From an uncultured archaeon (GTDB lineage: Archaea > Asgardarchaeota > Thorarchaeia > Thorarchaeales > Thorarchaeaceae): DNA of 64,000 nucleotides. The notes under the pieces were generated by a model, which saw only the letters and a program-made list of their open reading frames with translations, had not been told where the DNA came from and did no database searches. Positions within the stretch are counted from its first letter, which is position 1. Each line of letters begins with the position of its first letter. Positions 52,090-60,991 of this stretch are shown here, piece by piece. The stretch spans positions 28,738-92,737 of the forward strand of contig CAZVZC010000002.1 of the NCBI GenBank assembly GCA_964631415.1, read 5' to 3'. A program made the translations under genes and the position numbers.

Positions 52090-53316
52090 ATGGCAACATT
52101 GAAAGATGCATCGACAGAAGTCCAATCGCAGCAGCTGGCTATGCTCGAGCGCATGCTCGAGGATGTTAACATTGCTGCTTTCAGTGACAAATGGGGCCCT
52201 GAGAAGGTCATTCGTGTCTATGACCCACAACTCGGGATGGAAGGAATCCTTATCATAGACAACACCGCCCTAGGTCCCGGTAAGGGCGGATTCAGAATCA
52301 GAGCAGGCCTCACTCCACTTGAGGTGTTTGGTCTGGCCAGAACCATGACGTGGAAGTGCGCGCTTGCCAATCTTCCTTTCGGGGGAGCGAAGGGAGGAAT
52401 AAGTGCAGATCCCTATTCGATCGATAAGCAATCATACGTCAGAGCATTCGCGAAAGCGGTTTCGGCTCATGTACCAAACGAGTGGGTTTCTGCACCGGAC
52501 ATGAATGTCGGTGAGGAAGAAATCGCCGCCTTCGTTGAAGTGATTGGTGACAGGAAGGCCGCCACAGGAAAACCAGAGAGAATGGGAGGAATACCGCACG
52601 AGCTCGGAACGACTGGATTCGGACTTGGAGTCACCATAGAAACAACCCTGAGCATGCTATCCGAATTCGTGCCAATCAAAGACACAGTTGATGGTCTAAC
52701 CGTCGCAGTCCATGGATTCGGAAATGTCGGGTCAGAGGTTGCTAAGTATCTCTCCCGAAAGGGTGCGAAAATCGTGGCTATAGGAGACTATTGGGGAGGA
52801 GCTTACAACTCAAAGGGCATTGACATTGATCAGGCAATGAAACATGCTTACGCAACCGATGATGCGCACTCCTGCAAGCACTGCAAAGGGGCCAAAGAGA
52901 TTGGCAGGGACGATGTCCTCGAAGTGGAATGTGATGTACTGATACCAGCAGCAGTCGGAAACGTCATCACAGAGCGGAACGCGTCCAAGGTGAAGGCCGG
53001 ACTCATTGTCGAAGGTGCAAACAACCCGACAACATCAGCAGGCGAAGAGATACTCTTCAAGAGGGGAATCCTGGTGCTCCCGGACATGCTGGCTAACGCG
53101 GGAGGTGTGATAGGCTCCTACGCTGAGTATCTTGGCAAGAATATCGATGAGGCATTTGCAATGATTGATGCCAAGATTAGGGAGAACACAAAGCTAGTCC
53201 TGAGCAGCTCGATTAGCGGTGATGTCGTGATGCTTCCGAGGGCTGTCGCATTGATGATTGCCAAGGAGAGGGTCCTGAAGGCAACCGAGCGACGCATGAA
53301 CAAGGGGAGTCATTGA
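52090..53316 (+). CDS. Glu/Leu/Phe/Val dehydrogenase family protein (divergent third copy)
   Basis: DNTALGPGKGGFR, MTWKCA, GGAKGG, APDM, GFGNVG, EGANNP; AGGAG SD before ATG 52090. Confidence 0.9.
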   Translation: MATLKDASTEVQSQQLAMLERMLEDVNIAAFSDKWGPEKVIRVYDPQLGMEGILIIDNTALGPGKGGFRIRAGLTPLEVFGLARTMTWKCALANLPFGGAKGGISADPYSIDKQSYVRAFAKAVSAHVPNEWVSAPDMNVGEEEIAAFVEVIGDRKAATGKPERMGGIPHELGTTGFGLGVTIETTLSMLSEFVPIKDTVDGLTVAVHGFGNVGSEVAKYLSRKGAKIVAIGDYWGGAYNSKGIDIDQAMKHAYATDDAHSCKHCKGAKEIGRDDVLEVECDVLIPAAVGNVITERNASKVKAGLIVEGANNPTTSAGEEILFKRGILVLPDMLANAGGVIGSYAEYLGKNIDEAFAMIDAKIRENTKLVLSSSISGDVVMLPRAVALMIAKERVLKATERRMNKGSH

Positions 53317-53340
53317 GCAAGAACAAGACGAGGTGAAAAA

Positions 53341-53625
53341 ATGGAAAAGAAGATGACTGTTGTGCTTCAAGCGCTAGATATGGCCAAGGGCTCTTGTCCA
53401 CTGGGTTTCATTTCGCTGCACACAAACATAGCTGAGCCACTGCCGATTCTCGAGGCTCTCGAGAAGGCAGGGCTAGCTCGACGTGTCGAGTCTAGAGAGT
53501 GGTCGTTGGCTGCTGGCCCGCGATTCGAGATCACCGAAAAGGCTCGCAAGCAGTTGAGAGAGATGGAGTCGGCCAGCCCTAAGGTTTCACTCAGCGTTGT
53601 TGAAGAGGCTCTAACTCATCATTGA
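53341..53625 (+). CDS. Small winged-helix protein
   Basis: LEALEKAGL..., FEITEKAR wing motif; GAGGTGA SD. Confidence 0.65.
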   Translation: MEKKMTVVLQALDMAKGSCPLGFISLHTNIAEPLPILEALEKAGLARRVESREWSLAAGPRFEITEKARKQLREMESASPKVSLSVVEEALTHH

Positions 53626-54072
53626 GCAGCCGAACGTGTCGATAGAACTTAGAACAGTGAGTGCCCCGAGGACGCTCGAATTCCCTGCGACAGCCGCTTC
53701 CTGAGTGCGCCCAAGTCGCGAGGAATACCGGCGTCCTCCACATTATTCTCTCCAGCATACCGGGTGTGTTCTTGTTTCCAGTGCAAAGCCATGTGAGCCG
53801 CAGGAAGATTTGCTGACAATCATGCTTTTTCTCTGGCATTAGCAGGAACGGAAAGAATCCCTCAATGAGTCATTCTGATTGTGATTTTCGCGACCGTTGC
53901 TGTTGCCCTTCCTTCCAAGGTCTGAGAAGAGCAGCGATAAGATGCCCTGAGTGATTCCAAAATGCGCAACGTCAGATTGGCTGGACCCGTTGCGTGCAAT
54001 GAATGTCAGCGAGTAGGGCTGATGAATCAATGACAATGGGAACAGTCATTAGCAACTGAAGATGGAGAAAGC

Positions 54073-54732
54073 GTGGGTTTCGATATTATGCCAGTGTTCG
54101 AGCAGGAGTGGATCTCTCCGATTCTCGAGGTATACAAGAAGAGGAAGATTGAGGACCCTCTCACCGTCATCCTTGGGCTCAATCCCATCGGTCAAGTCCT
54201 ATGCAGACGCCTGTATGAAGAGATTCATTTCGAAACCGTCTTGGTGTTCAATTCCCCACAGTTCACAACATGGAACCGCTATCCGGCTGACGTCAGGCCG
54301 CCAGTCGTCCCTGTGCATGGAATGATATCTAATGATCTCATGATGGTCTTCGGCGACGTTGTGATCAAAGACTACGAGTGGCTTGCTGATATGCTGTTCT
54401 ACCTGCGTGGCTGCGTGCCAATCAATCACACAATTGCCTTCATGACTCATGACGGTCCCACTTGTGGATTGGCGCTCTCTAGGAAGGGGGAGAGACTGCT
54501 CAAACGTATGGAGGTTTCAGCAGGGAGACCTAACTTCTATGATGGGCTTACTGGACCCTTGATTAGTGTGGGAGATGTCGCGGACATTGATCCAGTCGTC
54601 ATATTCCTAGAAGAGGAGCCGGAAACAGAAGTGATCCTCCAGGTGGATGAGATAGTCGTGACTCAGGCTGATCTTGACAAAGCCAGGCTGCTGCTCTCAA
54701 AAGGACTGGACTTGAAAATTCCAACACTGTAG
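54073..54732 (+). CDS. PAC2 (proteasome assembly chaperone)-like protein, divergent
   Basis: P.TVILGL..IGQ, SPQF..., G..GPLI pattern resembling the archaeal PAC2/PbaA fold. Confidence 0.45.
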   Translation: MGFDIMPVFEQEWISPILEVYKKRKIEDPLTVILGLNPIGQVLCRRLYEEIHFETVLVFNSPQFTTWNRYPADVRPPVVPVHGMISNDLMMVFGDVVIKDYEWLADMLFYLRGCVPINHTIAFMTHDGPTCGLALSRKGERLLKRMEVSAGRPNFYDGLTGPLISVGDVADIDPVVIFLEEEPETEVILQVDEIVVTQADLDKARLLLSKGLDLKIPTL

Positions 54733-54782
54733 GTCCGATGCCCAACACTCGATAGCGTAGACATGTCGCTGGAATCGGAATC

Positions 54783-55508
54783 TTATTCCACAGGGTTGCC
54801 ATCTTCGGCCCGACCATAGCCGACACGTTCTCTTTCCTTTGGCGAAGACAAGCCCATCCCAGGAAGGGCGTGGGCCATTCTCGCGTCACACTGCGGACAC
54901 ACCAGTGCCCTCGTTTCACCCAGCCCGACTATTCTGCCGCATGAAATGCATGTCCAGAGCCCTCCCTGGTACAGTTTGGTCTTGCGAAAAACAGACCGGG
55001 CCATTGGAACCAAAGACTCGGGGCAGTTTCTTGCCACGCCGTGAATTCCATCCTTGGACCACTCACATACTAGAGACACTAGAGTTGTGAGCAGCTCTAT
55101 TATCCTAGTTGTGTCCTCATCCACTTCCAACGATACTCCGTCAGCAATGTTACGAGGTGCATCGGGAATCGCTGACAGAAGTTCGAGGAAAGCGAAGAAG
55201 GCTGGAGGTGGCAGAGCGTCTTTGCCCTTCGACTCCATCATGCGCGCAAGGACTGCAGACATCATGAGAGTACGTGAGTAGTTCCTCTGCAGGATACCCA
55301 AGGCCTCGTCTGCAATCGACTTGGGGTTCAGCTTGTATCCGTCAGGATCCAGGCCGACCTCCCGTGCTATCGAATCCACAGAGTGGACAAAGCTCTCTCC
55401 TCTTCTCATCTCTTTGTTCACACGCAGAGCCAATTGCCTGTAGTCTAGGCCCGAGTCATTTGCGAGCTTTCGGAGCAAGTCACGAGCAGTAACACTCAAT
55501 GGACACAC
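54783..55508 (-). CDS. Hypothetical protein with a C-terminal CxxC-x13-CxxC zinc ribbon
   Basis: WTCISCG...VCPQCD. Confidence 0.7.
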   Translation of the reverse strand: MCPLSVTARDLLRKLANDSGLDYRQLALRVNKEMRRGESFVHSVDSIAREVGLDPDGYKLNPKSIADEALGILQRNYSRTLMMSAVLARMMESKGKDALPPPAFFAFLELLSAIPDAPRNIADGVSLEVDEDTTRIIELLTTLVSLVCEWSKDGIHGVARNCPESLVPMARSVFRKTKLYQGGLWTCISCGRIVGLGETRALVCPQCDARMAHALPGMGLSSPKERERVGYGRAEDGNPVE

Positions 55509-55671
55509 GTACCTGCGGCGGCATGTGCTCTAGCGACAGGAGTCACTTTAGGTTGTCGTATGGGAAGAGTGCACTGACCGGGAATCGCAGCGGGCCATCT
55601 AGTCCAACCGAAGGACACACCCAGTTGTGGGGCAACTCTCATAAAGGGGGATGTCGCGCGAGTAAGTCAGT

Positions 55672-56658
55672 ATGAAGAAGTACGACGTAGTTCTTGCCAG
55701 CGGGGCTGACCATCTGAGAACGAGATTCGAGAAGCTCGGATATCGTGTGTTCGGCTGTGGAATGAACTACGACGGGCGCCACATGTTCCCGAATGCAGAC
55801 ATATACGCCCGAATACCTGATGTGACCCAGATGTCGGACCGGAGAGTCGTGGTTATCCAGAGCTGCACTGGTTCAAGTCCTGTTGAGAAAGAGGTGTTCA
55901 CAACCTCTGATCGCCTAGTTGAGCTACTGCTGATGCTGGACAGTCTGACTCACCCCGTGGAAGTGGAGGAAATGGCCCACAAGGAATACAGGACGAGGTC
56001 CATTCCTCCGCCCTCACATGTGGAAGTCGTGCTGACATTCCAGCCATTTGCTCTGCAGGACAAGGCATTCAAGACAGGAGAAGCGGTTTCCTGCAGGTGG
56101 GCCGCAAACCAGATAGCAGGTGCCTGCAACAAGGTGTGGGTAGTGAATCCTCACGCACCGGATAGCTTGGATTGGGTCAAGGCCCTAGACGGCAAAGGCC
56201 TCTACGAAGAGATAGACATAACACACGACCTTGTGAAGTTCGGAGCAGCAAAGTTTGACTTTCATGACTATACTGTCATCACCCCTGATGAAGGCGGCCA
56301 AGAGCGATTCGCTGTCGAGGGGTTCGGAAAACACCGTCGCGACTCCTATACCGTGGAGCTTGAGGGGGAGGTTGGGGTCAAAGGCAAGAACGTCATAGTC
56401 CTAGATGACTTGACAAAGAGCGGAAGTACTCTGCTGAAAGCATCCGAGAAGATCTATGCCCAAGGGGCCTCAGATGTTGGACTCGCGGTTGTTCATGTAA
56501 TGCCGCTTCTTGAGAAGGGTGAACAACTGCTTGAGAACCTTGTCGAAAAGAGCAAGGGAAGGATTGTGACGTCCAATACAATCAGAACTCGGACTTTCTG
56601 TGATTGCAGGCCAGACAGCACATACAACGTGGTCGATTCACTGGTCAAGGTTCTCTGA
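55672..56658 (+). CDS. Ribose-phosphate pyrophosphokinase-like protein (divergent)
   Basis: FPNADIY, ELLLMLDSL, QDK.F..GE, PDEGG, VLDDLTKSGSTL PRPP-binding loop, TSNTI. Confidence 0.8.
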   Translation: MKKYDVVLASGADHLRTRFEKLGYRVFGCGMNYDGRHMFPNADIYARIPDVTQMSDRRVVVIQSCTGSSPVEKEVFTTSDRLVELLLMLDSLTHPVEVEEMAHKEYRTRSIPPPSHVEVVLTFQPFALQDKAFKTGEAVSCRWAANQIAGACNKVWVVNPHAPDSLDWVKALDGKGLYEEIDITHDLVKFGAAKFDFHDYTVITPDEGGQERFAVEGFGKHRRDSYTVELEGEVGVKGKNVIVLDDLTKSGSTLLKASEKIYAQGASDVGLAVVHVMPLLEKGEQLLENLVEKSKGRIVTSNTIRTRTFCDCRPDSTYNVVDSLVKVL

Positions 56659-56764
56659 TTCGTGTGAGAAGGCACTCGCCTGTCGGCAACAATAAATAAC
56701 CAGCTGCGCCAAGACGCATCATTGACCAAGCACCTCTCCAGATTGGGTGAATGTGGTGGTCTAA

Positions 56765-58357
56765 ATGGTCCGACAGATAGGGATGTGTTACCTTGGCTCA
56801 AGGTCCGCAGCAGACCTTACGCCTGAACCAGCCAGAGTTGCCCTTGTCATTGCTTTCATGCTCGCAGAGTCGCATGGGGGAGGGAGTAAGATCTCAATCC
56901 TCGCTCCTGTTTCAATCCCCTACTGGTTGGTCCAGGTGTCGGCTAGGGAGTCCATTCTCCTTTCCGGAGTGACAGATCGGACGCAGAGCATTGAGTTCAC
57001 TGACAACACTGCACTGAACACTGTCAGGAAGATACTCAGCAGCGAAACAGCTGAAGCGAAGAACATACCAGATGTGGTAGAGCGGGTGTTGGCGGCTCTG
57101 GGCAGTGTTGAGAGGAAGAAGCAATACGTCAAGCACATCGAACAGGCAGGCTCCTTGGCACGTATCGGTAGATGGATGCAAGAAACAGAGATGACGGCGA
57201 AGCCTCGCAGACTTGATCTCAAACTTGATTCTCAGGGGGCACTCGCTATCAGTGAGCAGTTCAGGCAGCTGAAAGACACAGCGGAGAGGCGGCTCGCCAC
57301 CATGGAAGAGATTCAGAAGCTGATGAAGGAGAAGGTTGGTGCTCAAGCGGGCACTCTCGCAAGCATTGTCAAGAGAGACCGGGAGCGCAAGAAGAAACAG
57401 TCTCAGTCTTTGGAGGAGATTGCAGAACTCGAAACATCTGAGATTTCAGATAAGACAAGAGACATCCTGCAGGCCCTTGAGGAGAAGCACAGGATGGAAC
57501 TCCGGGCCCTCACGGCCGAGTTCGCAAGAACGAGTTCGTCGCTTGAACAGTTCTTCAGCCAGGTTCTTGAAAGCATACGACAATCAAGGATAGTGATTGG
57601 TCAGAAGGCAGAAAACGTCGTTGGCGCGGTCGAGGAGTTCAGGAAGCTGGCAAGCCTCCTCGCTCAGAATGTGCCAAAGTATGCGGACTCATTGCGTGGA
57701 CTGGAGGAGAAGGCTCAGGACATGCTCAACCGCTCAAGACAACTCGCAGAGGCCCTGAAAGAGCAGAAAGTCAAGGCCACACAGTCTCATGATGCTCTGA
57801 TAAGGGAGCACAGACATCGTATTGTCGACTTTGACCTCGAAAGGAATCAAAGCGAAAACGAATCCGAGGAACTGCTAGATCGCGTGAAGACTTCCGTCGC
57901 AAGGATTGAAACAGCCTTGGAACAGAGAGTGCAGGAACTAAGAGCAGAGCTCCGTCAGCTCTCGACATTCGCATTCGAGAGCAGCCTTGTCAGGGGAGCA
58001 GCGCCACTGACACTGGTCGACATCAACACATATGTGGCATTGTACCAAAACGGGGACCTGAGAGTGTTCGGCCCGAACATCCTGCCATCCGACAGGTTTG
58101 GCATCCCATTCACAGAGTTGCCTGTTGAGCCCGCTTTAGATGACTACTTGCAGAAGGTAATTGTGGATCTCTCTGAAGCGAGTACTGAGTTCAAGAACGG
58201 TCTGAGGAGGGCACTCAACGAGTGCAACCTGCTTGGAGATGCCAAGGCGCGGGAAGAACTTGCAGACGGTCTGCAACAGCTACAGGCTAGGCAGCTGCTG
58301 AAGGAAGGAGTGGCAGAAGCTGTGTCAGCAGCTTGGAACAGGCAAGCTGGCAGATGA
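56765..58357 (+). CDS. Long coiled-coil protein, paralog of the N-terminal part of 16710-19049
   Basis: Globular N- and C-terminal caps around heptad repeats; shared NLL....R.....G...L....L.KE motif. Confidence 0.8.
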   Translation: MVRQIGMCYLGSRSAADLTPEPARVALVIAFMLAESHGGGSKISILAPVSIPYWLVQVSARESILLSGVTDRTQSIEFTDNTALNTVRKILSSETAEAKNIPDVVERVLAALGSVERKKQYVKHIEQAGSLARIGRWMQETEMTAKPRRLDLKLDSQGALAISEQFRQLKDTAERRLATMEEIQKLMKEKVGAQAGTLASIVKRDRERKKKQSQSLEEIAELETSEISDKTRDILQALEEKHRMELRALTAEFARTSSSLEQFFSQVLESIRQSRIVIGQKAENVVGAVEEFRKLASLLAQNVPKYADSLRGLEEKAQDMLNRSRQLAEALKEQKVKATQSHDALIREHRHRIVDFDLERNQSENESEELLDRVKTSVARIETALEQRVQELRAELRQLSTFAFESSLVRGAAPLTLVDINTYVALYQNGDLRVFGPNILPSDRFGIPFTELPVEPALDDYLQKVIVDLSEASTEFKNGLRRALNECNLLGDAKAREELADGLQQLQARQLLKEGVAEAVSAAWNRQAGR

Positions 58358-58428
58358 TCCGAGTCCGATTCGGCTATGGTCACCGGAACCGATTTCAACT
58401 CCAGTTGCGGCACGAGGCTGAGTTGAAC

Positions 58429-58653
58429 TCACTGGGCTTCTGACTGGCCTTTTGAAGTGGCCACCCAAGTCTTCGCGGTGAACCTCTCCACAAGGCCTCT
58501 CTTCTCGAGCTCCAGCAGAGCCTGGGTCACTTGATTCTGATCGCAGGGGAATCGATGGGAAACGAGCACTCTCGTTATCGCAGACGGCCTGTGGCTGTCT
58601 TTGCTAACCAGAGTGAGAACTCTCTGCTGAATGTCTGTCAGATCGGTGCTCAT
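58429..58653 (-). CDS. Small winged-helix protein
   Basis: LTDIQQRVL...ALLELEKRGLVER...W.AT.KG. Confidence 0.7.
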   Translation of the reverse strand: MSTDLTDIQQRVLTLVSKDSHRPSAITRVLVSHRFPCDQNQVTQALLELEKRGLVERFTAKTWVATSKGQSEAQ

Positions 58654-58840
58654 GGTCGTCACTCAAGCCCGACCCCGGTCTGATTCTTTTAAGGGTGTCG
58701 GAGTGGAAGCATGTGCTAGGAGGGGAGAATCGCAGCGGCATGGTCAGATTGATGGGATGCATCTTTCCAAGTGCTTTGGTGAGCATGCTGCGAAATCCTT
58801 TTTATCAGACCTCATGACGCCGACAAGGGTGGATGCCCCG

Positions 58841-59593
58841 ATGACCCAAGAAAGAGAGTATCACATATCGATTGCACCTGGAGAGATGCCGCCCTCAGTG
58901 CTGCTACCGGGAGACCCTGATAGGGCCCGACTGATTGCAGAGAAGTTCTTCAAGAAGCCAACGGAAGTCGCGCACAAGAGAGAGTACTGGAGCTTTAGAG
59001 GTGAGTACGAAGGAGTACCTGTGGGTGTCTGCTCGACGGGCATAGGATGCCCTTCTGCGGCAATCGCCCTCGAAGAGCTCATCAGAGTTGGTTGCAGGAC
59101 ATTCATACGAGTCGGGACTGCTGGCGCAATCGATCCGTCATTGAACGCTGGTGACCTCGTGATATTCACAGGGGTTGTGAGAGACGACGGCACATCCAGG
59201 CAATACGTCCCCATTGAGTTCCCGGCAGTGGCCGATCCCGGGCTGGTGATGGCGCTCAGCGATTCGGCCGGAAGAAGAGGGGCAAGATATCGAACGGGTA
59301 TCGGTCATACCAAGGATGCATTCTACAGCGAGCACCCGGGACTGGTTGCTGACCCGGACCAGATGAAAGGCCGATGGGATATGCTACGCCGGGCAAACGT
59401 CATAGCGACAGAGATGGAGTCTGCCGCACTTTTCGTCATAGGGCAGCTGAGAGGTGTCAGGGTAGGCTCTATCTGCGTTATAGTTGGCGAGCCAATAGAC
59501 AAGGAGTCCAGAATCACCGGAAAACCTCGCATAGATGAGCTCACGTACATCGCTCTTGATGCTCTCAAGAAGGTTGGAACAGGCCCGAAATGA
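58841..59593 (+). CDS. udp: Uridine/purine nucleoside phosphorylase (PNP_UDP_1 family)
   Basis: LLPGDPDRA, STGIGCPS, IRVGTAG, DAFY, EMESA. Confidence 0.88.
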   Translation: MTQEREYHISIAPGEMPPSVLLPGDPDRARLIAEKFFKKPTEVAHKREYWSFRGEYEGVPVGVCSTGIGCPSAAIALEELIRVGCRTFIRVGTAGAIDPSLNAGDLVIFTGVVRDDGTSRQYVPIEFPAVADPGLVMALSDSAGRRGARYRTGIGHTKDAFYSEHPGLVADPDQMKGRWDMLRRANVIATEMESAALFVIGQLRGVRVGSICVIVGEPIDKESRITGKPRIDELTYIALDALKKVGTGPK

Positions 59594-59610
59594 GCTTGTC
59601 AACGCGGTGG

Positions 59611-60390
59611 CTAGATGCCGCCAAACCACACTCTCTTCTGCGCAGCCATGAGTAGGGCGTCGGCAGTCTTCTTGTCTACACCTATCATGGTGGCCAGCTG
59701 ATCCGGACCAGTTCCGACAAGGTCCTCCACAGTGGCAATGCCTGCACCTATGACGCCTTTTATGATCCCATCAGGTGCACCAATCTCTGTCAGTAGATCC
59801 CTCAACTTCGTCACACTCTTCTCATCGGCCACCGGCGCCGCAACACCCGGCATCTCAGCCTCAATCGATTCTTCCTCGGTATCAGGCTTCGGTTCGACAG
59901 GTACTGGTTTGGCAGGTTCCGCTGCAGATGTCTTCCTTCTTATGAAGGACGGGCGCAGGATAAGAACCCCCAGCAATGGAAGCACGATGAATGCAGGAAT
60001 CAGCAGCACAGAGTCGATTCGGCCACCGATGATACTACCTCCCGGTCCGAGAAACGGCAGACCTTCGACTCCAGCAAGCAACACTTGAAGCCACGAGTCG
60101 CCAGACAGTTCTGTGGCAAGTGCAAACCAGAATGGCGTGAACAGAGCTAGGCCGCCAATCTCGAACAGGAACGCTTCCTTGAGAATGCTCCGACGTGCAA
60201 AGTACAGAATCAAAAGCGGAGCTATTAAGATCACGACGGACACGACAACCCAGATCATGAAGATATCCCAAATCGCCACCAACACATCAGGGTCGGTTTC
60301 ACCCACTCCCATCAGTTTGATGAAAGCACTTACCATGAAAACAATCCCAGGCAAAAGAGCACCGTAGAGAACTCCTAGTGCGTACCTCAA
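59611..60390 (-). CDS. Multi-TM membrane protein with a C-terminal helix-hairpin-helix domain
   Basis: About four hydrophobic helices, an acidic linker, then AGIATVEDL.....QLATMIGVDKKTA HhH motif; GAGGTG SD before TTG 60390. Confidence 0.75.
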   Translation of the reverse strand: MRYALGVLYGALLPGIVFMVSAFIKLMGVGETDPDVLVAIWDIFMIWVVVSVVILIAPLLILYFARRSILKEAFLFEIGGLALFTPFWFALATELSGDSWLQVLLAGVEGLPFLGPGGSIIGGRIDSVLLIPAFIVLPLLGVLILRPSFIRRKTSAAEPAKPVPVEPKPDTEEESIEAEMPGVAAPVADEKSVTKLRDLLTEIGAPDGIIKGVIGAGIATVEDLVGTGPDQLATMIGVDKKTADALLMAAQKRVWFGGI

Positions 60391-60490
60391 GTAGTTACAC
60401 CTCAACCTCTCTGGGGTTGGCTAGTGTCGGTCCACGGACTTAAAGACATTGCGAGAAAAGTGGCCCCGATTCTCCAGACCATCGATGGAT

Positions 60491-60624
60491 GTCCGCGAAG
60501 AGGCGCCAGAAAAATAGCAGGTTCGCTTCGTGGTTGCTTGAGGGGGAAGATGTGTGCATTCTCTGTAGGGAGAACTCGTCGCTGCAGGACGAGAAACGCT
60601 TGATTGGCGCCTCCTCGACAGGAC
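60491..60624 (-). ncRNA. Candidate structured small RNA 1
   Basis: 13-bp closing stem 60496-60508/60605-60617 (fully paired on the minus strand with one G-U); inner hairpins CTCGTC/GACGAG and TTCTC/GAGAA; TATA-like CTATATTT at 60653-60646. Confidence 0.45.
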
Positions 60625-60769
60625 TGTATGTAGAAACTGGAACACAAATATAGACTTTGTGATATATTCGCGACAATTCGGGCACCGTATTGCGAATCCC
60701 GCAGTATCCTCAGCTAGGTCAAGGCGCTAATCGTAACCTTAAATATCGTTCATGACGAGTGGTTTCCAC

Positions 60770-60940
60770 AGAAGAAAGGCACGGGAGTGGGCCTGTTTAT
60801 CACATGATCTCGCTCTTCACTTCCTCCTTCCAGCCGCGTTCTTTCACCCCCGTGCCTTTACGACCCCCCAGTTCTCGGTTGACAGGCCCGCTGATCTGCT
60901 GTATTGTTGTTCGCACCTGCAAGCAGTGTCAACCAACTGA
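60770..60940 (+). ncRNA. Candidate structured small RNA 2
   Basis: TATA-like TTAAATAT 60739-60746; stem AAAGGCACGGG 60775-60785/CCCGTGCCTTT 60849-60859; second hairpin CAGTT..GGTTGACA/TGTCAACC-AACTG 60869-60939. Confidence 0.55.
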
Positions 60941-60991
60941 TGAGTAAATACAGATTACACTTATCTATGAAATATGCGATAATATTAGCTG

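Noticed and set aside
53314-53341. TGA of the third dehydrogenase is in frame with the next gene (possible Sec/readthrough fusion); both genes end CAT-TGA-GCA
   Set aside because: The downstream gene has its own GAGGTGA SD and ATG, the TGA is not at a Cys-equivalent position, and no convincing SECIS was found.
54018-54060. UGAUGA...CUGA as a box C/D sRNA, or AUGA..AA..GA as a SECIS
   Set aside because: The spacing is too short for a two-guide C/D RNA, there is no terminal stem, and the helix geometry does not fit a SECIS.
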